The notes under the pieces were generated by a model. That model was not told where the DNA came from. It saw nothing but the letters and a program-made list of their open reading frames with translations, and did no database searches. From an uncultured Gammaproteobacteria bacterium (lineage in GTDB: Bacteria; Patescibacteriota; Patescibacteriia; Patescibacteriales; JAGXOH01): 61,219 bases of DNA. Where the stretch lies: assembly GCA_964635515.1 (NCBI GenBank), contig CAZWNU010000003.1:1-61219 (forward strand), given 5' to 3'. Shown here piece by piece: positions 21,133 to 30,677 of this stretch. Both the position numbers and the translations under genes were made by a program. Numbering within the stretch: position 1 is the first letter of the stretch; the number at the start of each line of letters is the position of its first letter.

Positions 21133-23274
21133 ATGATGAAACAAATAACATCTTTTTTCTTATATTCAGGGCTTTTTTTCTTGATCGGATCAAGTTTTGT
21201 ATTTGATGATTTTTTAGTTTCTGTCTCCAAAGCTGAGGAAGGTCACCGTCAGTTTTATCAAACTCAGGTTTTTGAGGACTCTGACTCTTTTGATTTTGTT
21301 CAGGCTTCCCTGCCAAATGATGAATATTTTAAATATCAATGGTATTTGAACAAGATCGGAGCCACTGAAGCCTGGAAGCATACCCAGGGCAGTTCCGAAG
21401 TAGTAATTGCTGTAATAGATACAGGGGTACAGATAGACCATCCCGATTTAGCGGATAATATTTGGCAGAACCAAGGAGAGATTGCCGGAAGTGGTCGGGA
21501 TGAAAGCAGCTCCGGTTTCATTGATGATGTTCACGGTTGGGATTTTGTTGACAATGTTCCTGACCCGTCGCCTAAAATAGAAGGGGGTTTTGTTGGGGCG
21601 GGAGTTTCTCACGGCACCATAGTGGCCGGGGTAGCAGCAGCCAGTGGCAACAATGACATAGGAGTCTCCGGTGTTGCCTGGGAGGCCTCTATAATGCCTC
21701 TAAGGGCTTTAAATGAAGAAGGAAAGGGCTCTGCTAAGGATGTCATCAGGGCTATAGACTATGCTATAAATAACGGGGCGGATATTATAAATTTGAGTTT
21801 TGTAGGTCTGGAAAGAAGTGATTCTATGAATGAAGCTCTGTTAAGGGCTCATCGAGCCGGGGTGATAGTGGTTGCGGCAGCCGGAAATGAAAGAGGGGCT
21901 GGCGAAGGTTATAATCTTAATGAGACTCCTATGTATCCGGTCTGTTATGGCAGTGAACATCAAGAAAACATTGTTATCGGTGTCGGATCCACCGATTCTC
22001 TGGATCAGAAAGCCAACTTTTCCAGCTATGGAGAGTGTATCGATATCATGGCTCCAGGTTATAGTGTTTTTAATACAGTCGTTTATGCTCCTAATAAGAG
22101 AACTCAAGACGGTGATTATTTGAATAAAGCCTATGATGGTTTTTGGTCTGGAACTTCCATGGCTGCTCCCATGGTCAGCGGAGCTTTGGCTTTGATAAAG
22201 GCCAGTAATCCCGAGCTGGATAGTAATCAGGTAAAGCAAATTCTTTTGAGTAGTGCAGACAATATTGATAGACTCAACCCTGAATACGTGGGACAGATGG
22301 GAAGCGGAAGGTTGAACGTGGGAGAAAGTGTTAAAAGAGCTTTGGATTTGTTAAATAACAAAAATTCTAAAGTTTTGATATCTTCTCGTTCTAGTCGGTC
22401 CGGTCAAGTTAAAATGTTCGATTCCGGAACCGGGATAGTGAAGGAGTTAGAGGTTTTTCCATTTGGCTTTGAAGGAGGAATTAATAATATTGGAGGAGAT
22501 TTGAATGGAGATGGAGAGCAGGAGCTCATAGTAAGCGCCGGACTCGGAGGTGGTCCCCAGGTCAGGGTCTTTTCTCTCGCCGGTGATCTAAAAAGTCAAT
22601 TTTTCGCCTACGATCCCGATTTCAGAGGAGGAGTTAACATCGCTACCGGTGATATCAATGGAAACGGAAAAGAGGAGATCATAACCGGAGCCGGACCTGG
22701 AGGTGGGCCTCATGTTAGGATTTTTGATCAAGACGGAGAGCTTCTGGGTCAATTTTTCGCCTACGATCCCGATTTCAGAGGAGGAGTTAACATCGCTACC
22801 GGTGATATCAATGGAAACGGAAAAGAGGAGATCATAACCGGAGCCGGACCTGGAGGTGGGCCTCATGTTAGGATTTTTGATCAAGACGGAGAGCTTCTGG
22901 GTCAATTTTTCGCCTACGATCCCGATTTCAGAGGGGGAGTTAACATCACTACCGCCAATGTTTCCGGAGATGACCTCCACGAAATAGTTACCGCCCCTGG
23001 CAAAGGAGGCGGGCCCCAGGTTAGGATTTTTGATCAAGACCTTCAAGTGTTAAACCAGTTTTTTGCTTACTCTCAGTCCTTTCGCGGAGGAGTCAACATT
23101 GTAGCCGGTGATATTAACCAAAATGGCAAGGAAGAGATTATTACCGGGCCTGGCTCAAGTGGCGAGCCTCATATAAGATATTTTGATGACCAAGGAAGTA
23201 TCGTGGATTCTTTTTATGCTTATGAAAGAGATTTTGATAACGGGATAAATTTAGGAATTATTAATATAAAATAA
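21133..23274 (+). CDS. secreted subtilase (S8) with C-terminal FG-GAP repeats
   Basis: Signal peptide; catalytic D (VIDTG), H (HGTIVAG), oxyanion N (AAAGN), S (GTSMAAP); 5-6 GD[IL]NG..EII...GP repeats. Confidence 0.93.
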   Translation: MMKQITSFFLYSGLFFLIGSSFVFDDFLVSVSKAEEGHRQFYQTQVFEDSDSFDFVQASLPNDEYFKYQWYLNKIGATEAWKHTQGSSEVVIAVIDTGVQIDHPDLADNIWQNQGEIAGSGRDESSSGFIDDVHGWDFVDNVPDPSPKIEGGFVGAGVSHGTIVAGVAAASGNNDIGVSGVAWEASIMPLRALNEEGKGSAKDVIRAIDYAINNGADIINLSFVGLERSDSMNEALLRAHRAGVIVVAAAGNERGAGEGYNLNETPMYPVCYGSEHQENIVIGVGSTDSLDQKANFSSYGECIDIMAPGYSVFNTVVYAPNKRTQDGDYLNKAYDGFWSGTSMAAPMVSGALALIKASNPELDSNQVKQILLSSADNIDRLNPEYVGQMGSGRLNVGESVKRALDLLNNKNSKVLISSRSSRSGQVKMFDSGTGIVKELEVFPFGFEGGINNIGGDLNGDGEQELIVSAGLGGGPQVRVFSLAGDLKSQFFAYDPDFRGGVNIATGDINGNGKEEIITGAGPGGGPHVRIFDQDGELLGQFFAYDPDFRGGVNIATGDINGNGKEEIITGAGPGGGPHVRIFDQDGELLGQFFAYDPDFRGGVNITTANVSGDDLHEIVTAPGKGGGPQVRIFDQDLQVLNQFFAYSQSFRGGVNIVAGDINQNGKEEIITGPGSSGEPHIRYFDDQGSIVDSFYAYERDFDNGINLGIINIK
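22595..22934 (+). repeat. perfect 153-bp tandem repeat (about 2.2 copies) in the FG-GAP region
   Basis: 22595-22747 equals 22748-22900; a third copy is identical to 22934; unit is 51 codons. Confidence 0.95.
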
Positions 23275-23278
23275 ATTT

Positions 23279-24301
23279 ATGAAAGGACAAGTAATTTTTG
23301 ATTGTAAAAATATTTTAGTAGTGGGAGGAGCCGGATTTATTGGCTCTCATTTATGTGATGAATTGATTAAAGAAAATAAAGTGATCTGCTTAGATAATTT
23401 TTCCACCGGGGCTGAAAGAAATATCGATCATCTATTGGCGGATCCGAACTTTGCTTTTGTTCGTCATGATATCACCAAACCGATCGATCTTAAAAAATTA
23501 AAGGATCTGCAGAAATTCAAATTACAATTTCAGGGAATACAGGAGGTCTACAACCTGGCCTGTCCCACCTCGCCGAAGGAGTTTCAGAACAATCGAGTTG
23601 CTAATTTGATGGCCAATTCTTTTGGAGTGAAGAACGTTTTGGATATAGTTATGAGAAATCAGGCCAAATTGGTTCATTTCTCCTCAGGCAGAGTTTATGG
23701 TGAGAAAAATCAAGAGAATAAGGACAAAAGAGTGCGGGAGGATGATATCGAGAGTTTTGATTTTTTATCTCAGCGTAGCGCCCATGATGAGGGAAAAAGG
23801 TTTGCTGAAGCTTTGATAGACAATTATCGCCAGGTCTATAACATAGATGCTAAAATTCTTCGTCCTTTCAGGGTCTATGGACCAAGAATGAAACTGAATG
23901 ACAACAGAATGATTCCTGATTTTGTGAACGATGCCTTGGACAACAAAGAGGTGGTTATTCCGGGAGATGAGAACTTTTCTTCTTCCTTTTGTTATGTCAG
24001 GGACATGATCGACGCCGCTCTGAAAATGATGGCCTCTAATGTTTCCGGACCCTTGAATATTGGATCTGACCTGGAGTTAACAGTGAAAGAAGTGGCCCAA
24101 AAAGTGATTGACTTGGTCGGTTCCGACTCTTCAATAAGTTTCTCAGAAAAAGATCGTTTTATAACACCTTTTCGTTTGCCGGATATTAATGCGGCTAGTA
24201 ACAAATTGGGCTGGATGCCAATATCCACTCTGGACAAAGGACTGGAGCAGACTGTGGACGACCTCAGGGCCTCTAAGGGTCTAAGAAATGTAGAGTGTTA
24301 A
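23279..24301 (+). CDS. extended SDR, UDP-glucuronate decarboxylase (UXS)-like, with altered catalytic residues
   Basis: GGAGFIGSHLC, YNLACPTSP, RPFRVYGPRM, FCYVRDMI; SSGRVYG and SAHDEGKR in place of STSEVYG and SCYDEGKR. Confidence 0.85.
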   Translation: MKGQVIFDCKNILVVGGAGFIGSHLCDELIKENKVICLDNFSTGAERNIDHLLADPNFAFVRHDITKPIDLKKLKDLQKFKLQFQGIQEVYNLACPTSPKEFQNNRVANLMANSFGVKNVLDIVMRNQAKLVHFSSGRVYGEKNQENKDKRVREDDIESFDFLSQRSAHDEGKRFAEALIDNYRQVYNIDAKILRPFRVYGPRMKLNDNRMIPDFVNDALDNKEVVIPGDENFSSSFCYVRDMIDAALKMMASNVSGPLNIGSDLELTVKEVAQKVIDLVGSDSSISFSEKDRFITPFRLPDINAASNKLGWMPISTLDKGLEQTVDDLRASKGLRNVEC

Positions 24302-24321
24302 TTTAGCTATACATAATTTTA

Positions 24322-25479
24322 ATGAATTTTTTTTATAAGAAAAAAAACCAGGAAGAAACTGAAAAGAAGAACAGGCCCGAGTCCCCCGGCAAGAAGGGGG
24401 ATAGTTTAATAGAGAGAATAAATAATTATTTTCTTCAATTTTCTCGAATCCCTCTAAAGGAAAAATTATTTTTTATTCAGTATTTCGGGATCATGTTCAA
24501 AACCGGAATCTCTTTGTCCGTGATCATGCGCACCTTGTCCAAGCAGACCTCAAATAAATATTTTGCCAAGGTGATAAATGATTTGGGAGATAGGCTGGAG
24601 GGAGGTTCTTCCCTGGCAGATAGCTTCCGGGTACATGAAAGGGTTTTTGGCACCCTATTCGTTAATATGATAGAGGCTGGAGAAATCTCCGGAAACCTGG
24701 AAAATGTTTTAAAACAGTTATATATTCAGACCAAAAAGCAGAGCGAGCTAAGATCTAAGATCAAGGGCGCTTTGACCTATCCCGTGGTTTTGGTTTTGGC
24801 CATGATCATTATCGGGGTTTTTATGATGATCTTTGTTGTCCCACAATTGACCGGAATGTTAAGAAGTTTTGGAACAGAATTGCCCCTGCCTACTAAAATC
24901 ATGGTCAATACCAGCGATTTCATTGTTAACAACGGCATTTTGGTAGGAGGTGTTTTTTTGTTGATTGTCTTGGTTTTTATCCAGATCTTAAGAACTTATC
25001 GAGGAAAATATTATTTTCATAAACTGATTTTAAAACTGCCTATCGTATCTCCGATCGCCAAAAAGATAAACTTGGCTCATTTTGCTAGGACCACCAGCAG
25101 TTTGTTGAAAACAGATATTCTGATCGTTAAGACTTTCCATATCACCGCTAATGTTCTGAAAAACTTACCTTACAGGGAAGCGGTTGAGGATATGAGTAAG
25201 AGGATTGAGAAAGGAGGTCAGATCAATGAGATTATTAGTGAGTATCCCCAGTTATTTCCTCCAGTGGTGCAACAGATAGTTTTGGTAGGAGAGGAAACAG
25301 GTGAGCTGGACAATATTTTGTTGGAATTGGCTGATTTTTACGAAAAAGAGGTGGATAATATCATGGACAACCTACCCTCTATCATTGAACCTATATTGAT
25401 TCTTTTGTTGGGAATCGGGGTGGGCGCTATGGCTATAGCCATTATCATGCCCATGTATTCCATGACCGCTACTATTTAA
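24322..25479 (+). CDS. pilC: type IV pilus platform protein PilC/GspF
   Basis: Two T2SSF domains; AGEISGNL, ALTYP, VGEETGELD, IEPILIL..PMY. Confidence 0.93.
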   Translation: MNFFYKKKNQEETEKKNRPESPGKKGDSLIERINNYFLQFSRIPLKEKLFFIQYFGIMFKTGISLSVIMRTLSKQTSNKYFAKVINDLGDRLEGGSSLADSFRVHERVFGTLFVNMIEAGEISGNLENVLKQLYIQTKKQSELRSKIKGALTYPVVLVLAMIIIGVFMMIFVVPQLTGMLRSFGTELPLPTKIMVNTSDFIVNNGILVGGVFLLIVLVFIQILRTYRGKYYFHKLILKLPIVSPIAKKINLAHFARTTSSLLKTDILIVKTFHITANVLKNLPYREAVEDMSKRIEKGGQINEIISEYPQLFPPVVQQIVLVGEETGELDNILLELADFYEKEVDNIMDNLPSIIEPILILLLGIGVGAMAIAIIMPMYSMTATI

Positions 25480-25497
25480 TTTTTTACCCTAGGGATT

Positions 25498-25938
25498 ATG
25501 AAATTTAATGAAAACGCCTATTCTCTTATAAGCGTCTTGGCCAGCTTGGCAATAATAGTTTTGATCGTAGGTCTTTCCTTGCCTCATATTAGGGCCTATC
25601 AAATTAATTCCAGACTCAGTGCCGAGGCCAGAGAGATGGCCGGAAATCTTCGTTACACTAAACAGTTAAGTGTGACCGAACAGGTCGTTCACGGGGTGGA
25701 GTTTGATATAGAGCAAGACCTTTATAGGATCAAAAGTTATGGAGAGGCCACCACCACCATAAGGACAATATCTTTGGATTCCTCTGTTAATCTGTCAGAG
25801 GTTTCGGGCCTGGATGATAATAGGCTTAAATTCAACTTCTATGGCGGAGTAAGGCAGGGTGGAGAAGTGGTTTTAAAAAACTCCGATTTAAGCACCAAAG
25901 TTATAATTAAACCTTCCGGCTATGTTAAACTTGAGTAA
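25498..25938 (+). CDS. minor pilin, FimT/GspH-like
   Basis: Prepilin-like A|YSLISVL plus hydrophobic helix; LSAEAREMAGNLRYTKQLSV; LKFNFYG; VIIKPSGYV. Confidence 0.7.
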   Translation: MKFNENAYSLISVLASLAIIVLIVGLSLPHIRAYQINSRLSAEAREMAGNLRYTKQLSVTEQVVHGVEFDIEQDLYRIKSYGEATTTIRTISLDSSVNLSEVSGLDDNRLKFNFYGGVRQGGEVVLKNSDLSTKVIIKPSGYVKLE

Positions 25939-26356
25939 AAGTAAAAAGAATTTCGGATTTTCTTTGATAGAGATTATAGTGGCCTTATCCATATTGGGTG
26001 TTGTTTTTTTTGCTTTGGTCCAGCTTTTTCCCTTCGGAGCTGACATAAACGAGTCCTCGAGAAACAAAACGATTGCTTCTTTCCTGGCGCAAGAAAAAGT
26101 AGAGGAGCTGTATTCCAAGGGTTATGGCAATATAGCCACCGGAACCATAGAGGCAAAGCAAAGACTATCTGATGAACCTCAAGACCATTTCTATAATTAC
26201 AAAAGAGAAACCCAGGTTAACTATATCGATGGTGAAATGAATTTCTCTTCTGAGGATGAGGGGATGAAAAGAGTTTCCGTCTTTGTTTACTATCCCCAAA
26301 GCTTCGGTGGTGAGGAGCAATTTTTTCAATTAGATACCATTATAACTAAAAACTAG
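25922..26356 (+). CDS. minor pilin, PilV/GspI-like
   Basis: Class III signal G|FSLIEIIVAL; ASFLAQEKVEEL. Confidence 0.8.
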   Translation: MLNLSKSKKNFGFSLIEIIVALSILGVVFFALVQLFPFGADINESSRNKTIASFLAQEKVEELYSKGYGNIATGTIEAKQRLSDEPQDHFYNYKRETQVNYIDGEMNFSSEDEGMKRVSVFVYYPQSFGGEEQFFQLDTIITKN

Positions 26357-26360
26357 ATAT

Positions 26361-27059
26361 ATGGTTAAATTTTTTTCTCCTGTGAATATTGTAATTATAC
26401 TTCTTTTTTTTGGTATCGTTTTTTTACTTCTTCAGGGTCAATCAGGGAAAAATTCAGACTCTTTTTTGAATAATAACTCAGAGGGGGGCCATGATCAGTA
26501 TTCATCTGACGATTCTGACCGGGAGGGCAAAGGTGATCCTGATTCGTTTTCAGAAAGAGACCAAGAGCATCCAACACCAACTCCGGAATTTATGAAAAAA
26601 GATCTTTACTTCCCTACTTATCCGGAGGAATCCGGGCCGGGTCAGGATCGGGAGGGTGAGAGCCTTTACAGAAGCGAGGCTTATGGTTATCAGTTTTGGT
26701 TTCCCAGTATCTGGTCTTTAAGTTTGAGTGGCAGGGAAGAGGTTCTCTTGAAACCGAGTTCGCCTGGGCCTGATGAGCTCAGACTGATGGTCAAGGCGGG
26801 ATCTGATCTGGAAGACGATTTTAAGGAGGAAAAGGAACAACTTCTTGAGGAATTTGAATTAGAAATAAAGGAAGAGGTTGTTTTTGTTGATCAGGTTTTA
26901 GCCACCAAGTATATTATCGACAAGAAATCTCTAGAGGAAAAGAGTTTTTTGATTTTTATCAATAGAAACGAACAAGATTACTTAATTGAATATTTAGGTG
27001 GTTGTCCGGATTTTCTCGGTCAGGCTGAGCAGGTGGTCGCGAACTTTGAGTTTAAGTGA
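26361..27059 (+). CDS. membrane-anchored acidic protein with PsbP-like C-terminal domain
   Basis: N-terminal TM, D/E/S/P-rich linker, YRSEAYGYQFWFPSIW motif, ends VVANFEFK; no prepilin site. Confidence 0.55.
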   Translation: MVKFFSPVNIVIILLFFGIVFLLLQGQSGKNSDSFLNNNSEGGHDQYSSDDSDREGKGDPDSFSERDQEHPTPTPEFMKKDLYFPTYPEESGPGQDREGESLYRSEAYGYQFWFPSIWSLSLSGREEVLLKPSSPGPDELRLMVKAGSDLEDDFKEEKEQLLEEFELEIKEEVVFVDQVLATKYIIDKKSLEEKSFLIFINRNEQDYLIEYLGGCPDFLGQAEQVVANFEFK

Positions 27060-27111
27060 TAATTTTAACTCAACATATTGAATTAGGTTTTTGTAACTTT
27101 TTTATATCACT

Positions 27112-27681
27112 ATGAAAAAGAAAAAAATTATTAAACCCAGAGGTTATACCTTAATGGAGTCCCTGGTAACCATGGCCCTGTTTTTAGCTATAATTTTGAT
27201 CACCGGATCCTTATATTCCTTAGCGCAGTCATATTACAATAGGGCCGAAAGCGAATTGGAATTAATTCAAAACGCCAGGGTTTCTTTTGATCGAATGAGT
27301 AGAGAAATAAGGCAATCAATTGATATAGCCAGCCCTTTATCAGCCGATCAATCTCAGGGGAGCGGAGAGATTGTGTTTCAGAACGGACATGACAGCGATA
27401 CCATAAACTATATTTATTATTATTTGGACGGGTCCAATTTGAGAAGGGCCAATTTGGTCTATTATTTTCCTGAAGAGCCTGATATCTATGTGAAGTATAA
27501 CAGTGTTAATCAGGCAGGGGAGCCCCCGGAGCAAGAGGTGCTGGAAGATAGGAAGGTGGGAGAATATTTCCATTCTGTAAATTTTTGGGGAGACGATGGT
27601 CTGGTCAATATTTCTTCGGAATTAATGAAAGAAGACTCCTCTTTTTTCTTGAGAACCTCTGTCTTTAGTAGAAATTATTAA
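27112..27681 (+). CDS. minor pilin, PilW/GspJ-like
   Basis: G|YTLMESLVTM; QNARVSFDRMSREIRQS. Confidence 0.8.
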   Translation: MKKKKIIKPRGYTLMESLVTMALFLAIILITGSLYSLAQSYYNRAESELELIQNARVSFDRMSREIRQSIDIASPLSADQSQGSGEIVFQNGHDSDTINYIYYYLDGSNLRRANLVYYFPEEPDIYVKYNSVNQAGEPPEQEVLEDRKVGEYFHSVNFWGDDGLVNISSELMKEDSSFFLRTSVFSRNY

Positions 27682-27708
27682 ATACTCATAAATCGATTCG
27701 ACACCAAT

Positions 27709-28929
27709 ATGAATATCTTTTTAGATAAAAAAGGAACCACTTTGTTAGTCACTATTTTATTAGTGGCTGTTCTTCTTTCTCTGGGCCTTTATTTTTTGGA
27801 TTTTTCTTTAACTGAGAAAAGAATATCAGAAGGACAGACCAAGGGGGTTAAGACATACCATTTAGCCGAGGCCGGAATTCAAGAGATGATCTGGAGATTA
27901 AAACATGACCAAGAGTATAAAAGCAATTTTGAGGAAGATCCGGAGTGGAGCGCTGATTTCGAGGTCTCCTCGCCTTTTGGAGGAAACGGTCATTATTCGG
28001 TAAAAATTGACAATACTGGCTTGGCCCAAGGGGATATCAGGTCGGTAGGAAAGGTAATTGAAGAGGATGGCAGGACCAGTCGGAGGATAGTAAAAACAAG
28101 AGTCTATAAAGCAGCTACCACGTCTCCGGCTTTGGATGGTTACGCTTTGTTCAGTGATAATGATTTGGATATTTTTTTGACCAATATAAGTGTTCCGGCT
28201 AGCAGTGTTCATGCCAACAACAATATAGATGTGGGTGGTCCTAATACAGAGATGTACGTGGAAAATGATTTAGGGGCGGTGAACAAAATATCCCAAAGTC
28301 ATTTTTCCAATATTGAAGTAGGAGGTGAGATGAGGGATAGCTATGATTATTCTCCTCCCCCTGAAGAATTGGAGATGCCCCCGGTATCTTTTTATGACTT
28401 AGACGATCCTGACTCTTTTAAGAGCAGGGCGGATGTGATTTATTCAGAACAAGAATTTAGAGATTTGTTGAACAACTCTTCAGGAGGGGAGCTGGTCTTG
28501 GATAATCATATTACTTATGTAGAAGGGCGAGTCCGGGTAAGACAGAACATTGATCTGATCATTAACGGCCTCTTGGTTTCTGAAGATAATATGGATATAG
28601 GCTTTTCTTGCGGTCATAATACCAGTGTTAATGTTAATTATTCCACCTCATCTCCTGCCGGGTTGATAGCTAATGGTAATATCAGGCTTAGACAGTGTCT
28701 TGCCGAGAGTGATATCAGAGGGGTTGTTTATGCTACTAGGGACATAAGGATGAATAATTTTTCCGGTGATGTAAATTTTGAAGGAGGTATGTACGCCAGG
28801 AACATAGAAATATTCAGTAATTGGAGAGACAACGCTATGAAATTTAATAAAAACATAATTAGTGACACTCTCCAGGCCACAGAGTTCTCGCCGGTGGTCA
28901 CAGTAGAGCACTGGGAAGAGGAATATTGA
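27709..28929 (+). CDS. large minor pilin, PilX/GspK-like
   Basis: KG|TTLLVTILL (no Glu5, as expected for K/X), YHLAEAGIQE, large beta-rich C-terminal part. Confidence 0.75.
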   Translation: MNIFLDKKGTTLLVTILLVAVLLSLGLYFLDFSLTEKRISEGQTKGVKTYHLAEAGIQEMIWRLKHDQEYKSNFEEDPEWSADFEVSSPFGGNGHYSVKIDNTGLAQGDIRSVGKVIEEDGRTSRRIVKTRVYKAATTSPALDGYALFSDNDLDIFLTNISVPASSVHANNNIDVGGPNTEMYVENDLGAVNKISQSHFSNIEVGGEMRDSYDYSPPPEELEMPPVSFYDLDDPDSFKSRADVIYSEQEFRDLLNNSSGGELVLDNHITYVEGRVRVRQNIDLIINGLLVSEDNMDIGFSCGHNTSVNVNYSTSSPAGLIANGNIRLRQCLAESDIRGVVYATRDIRMNNFSGDVNFEGGMYARNIEIFSNWRDNAMKFNKNIISDTLQATEFSPVVTVEHWEEEY

Positions 28930-29035
28930 TTTTGTGGTTTTAACTTGTTCCGGAATTATGGTATAATTTTTTAGAGCTAAAAAAGATTTTTATCCCGTTT
29001 TTTCTCAGCAATTGTTTTTTAATATTATCTAAAGG

Positions 29036-30136
29036 TTGGCAGCTTTATTTATGAGCATTTTTAAGAAAAATAAAAATTATCCTCTGGGGGTCGATGTTTC
29101 CGATTCTTCTATTAGATTTGCTCAGCTAAATAAGGGCTTGAAGAACAGGATAGGTCTGAGAGCTTTTGGGAGCATAGATTTGTCTCAAGGACTTATTTCA
29201 GAAGGAATAATCAAAAACGAGGAAGAAGTGGTCAAGAGCTTAAAAAAGATCTTTTCCAGCAGCAGGCTTAGTAAGCCAAATTCAAGCGAAGTGATAGCCT
29301 CCCTGCCCGAGAATAAAACTTTTGTCAAACTAATTAAAATTCAAAAATCAACCAATAAACTGGAAGATGTTGTTGAAGCTGAATTGGAAAAACACATTCC
29401 CTTTCATCCCAGAGAGATTTACTATGATTGGCAGGAAATAAGAAAAGGCAAGGATCATCATTTGGTGTTGGTTGGAGCGGCGCCTCGATCCGTGGTGGAT
29501 CAATATTATGATGTCTTTTCCAGGTCAGGTTTGACATTGGTTGCTTTGGAGATTGAGCCGATTGCCGTCTGTCGATCTATATTGGATGAAGAAACCCCGG
29601 AATTTCAGAATACCAAAGGTAAGAATCATATTTTAATAGATTTTGGTTTTTCTCATACCACTATTATTTTTTATTCTCGTGACACTGTTTTGTTTACTTC
29701 TGAAACCCAGATGTCAGGAGAAAAAATAACCCAGGAGATAGCCGGTAGCCTGAAGGTGGGCAGGAAAAAGGCTGAGAAGTACAAATTATCTCTGAGCAAG
29801 AAAAACAAGAACTACAAGAAGATAGTAAAAATAATAGACAGCAATATGGAGGAGTTGAATGTGAAATTGGGTCGGGTGATTGATTTTTATTATGAAAACT
29901 TTTCTGAGCGCGGCCCCATAGAGAGTGTTTTTTTTGTCGGAGGAGGAGCTTATATCCCTAAAATAGAAGATTATATTTCTTGCCTGCCCGCTTCTGTTAA
30001 CATAGACAAGGGTGACCCCTTATCTAAGATCAGTCAAGGAGAAAAAGCGAAAAAGATCTTTCAGGAGGAGGGAAATTTGACTTTTACTGTCGCTGTAGGG
30101 TTGGCTTTAAGTCAGATTTTTATTAAAAAGTTTTAG
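29036..30136 (+). CDS. pilM: type IV pilus assembly protein PilM
   Basis: LGVDVSDSSI, HIPF..EIYYDW, LEIEPIAV, LIDFG, FFVGGGA, FTVAVGLAL. Start may be ATG 29051. Confidence 0.9.
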   Translation: MAALFMSIFKKNKNYPLGVDVSDSSIRFAQLNKGLKNRIGLRAFGSIDLSQGLISEGIIKNEEEVVKSLKKIFSSSRLSKPNSSEVIASLPENKTFVKLIKIQKSTNKLEDVVEAELEKHIPFHPREIYYDWQEIRKGKDHHLVLVGAAPRSVVDQYYDVFSRSGLTLVALEIEPIAVCRSILDEETPEFQNTKGKNHILIDFGFSHTTIIFYSRDTVLFTSETQMSGEKITQEIAGSLKVGRKKAEKYKLSLSKKNKNYKKIVKIIDSNMEELNVKLGRVIDFYYENFSERGPIESVFFVGGGAYIPKIEDYISCLPASVNIDKGDPLSKISQGEKAKKIFQEEGNLTFTVAVGLALSQIFIKKF

Positions 30137-30142
30137 TTTTTT

Positions 30143-30676
30143 ATGTTGTTTTTGAATCTGCTGCCTCAAAAGTTTAGTCGAGAGATAAGATTAAGGAGCT
30201 TGTTTTTGATCGTGGTTAAGGCTGGTTTTGTTTTGATCTTTGTTTTTCTGGTGATAAGCTTTTCCTTTTTCACATCCGACAAGGTTTTACAGAACTTCTA
30301 TAGAGTGGTGGACAATACCAATTTTTTGATTCAAACCCAAGTAGAGGATCCGGTTGATGTCAGGGAGGTCAACCTAAAGATAAATGAGGTAGAAAGAATT
30401 AAGAAAAAATCTTTTGATTGGCTGGAATTGTTCGGGGCCGTATCTGAAATTTTACCCGAGGATATCTACGTCGAGTCTCTTAGAGTTGACAAAGAAGAAG
30501 GGCTCGCCTCTCTTACCGGCTTGGCTTTAAGCAGAGAGTCTCTGGTCTCTTTGCGGGATGAATTGGAAAGGTCGGAATATTTTTATAGCCCGGACATGCC
30601 CCTGGACAGTATTTTAAAAAGGGAGGATATTAATTTTGATATAAAAGTGAGAATAAATACAGAAAAATTCAATTAA
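30143..30676 (+). CDS. pilN: PilN-like protein
   Basis: LNLLP N-terminus, one TM, LPEDIYVESL, LTGLA.SRESL..LRDELE; position after pilM. Confidence 0.8.
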   Translation: MLFLNLLPQKFSREIRLRSLFLIVVKAGFVLIFVFLVISFSFFTSDKVLQNFYRVVDNTNFLIQTQVEDPVDVREVNLKINEVERIKKKSFDWLELFGAVSEILPEDIYVESLRVDKEEGLASLTGLALSRESLVSLRDELERSEYFYSPDMPLDSILKREDINFDIKVRINTEKFN

Positions 30677-30677
30677 T

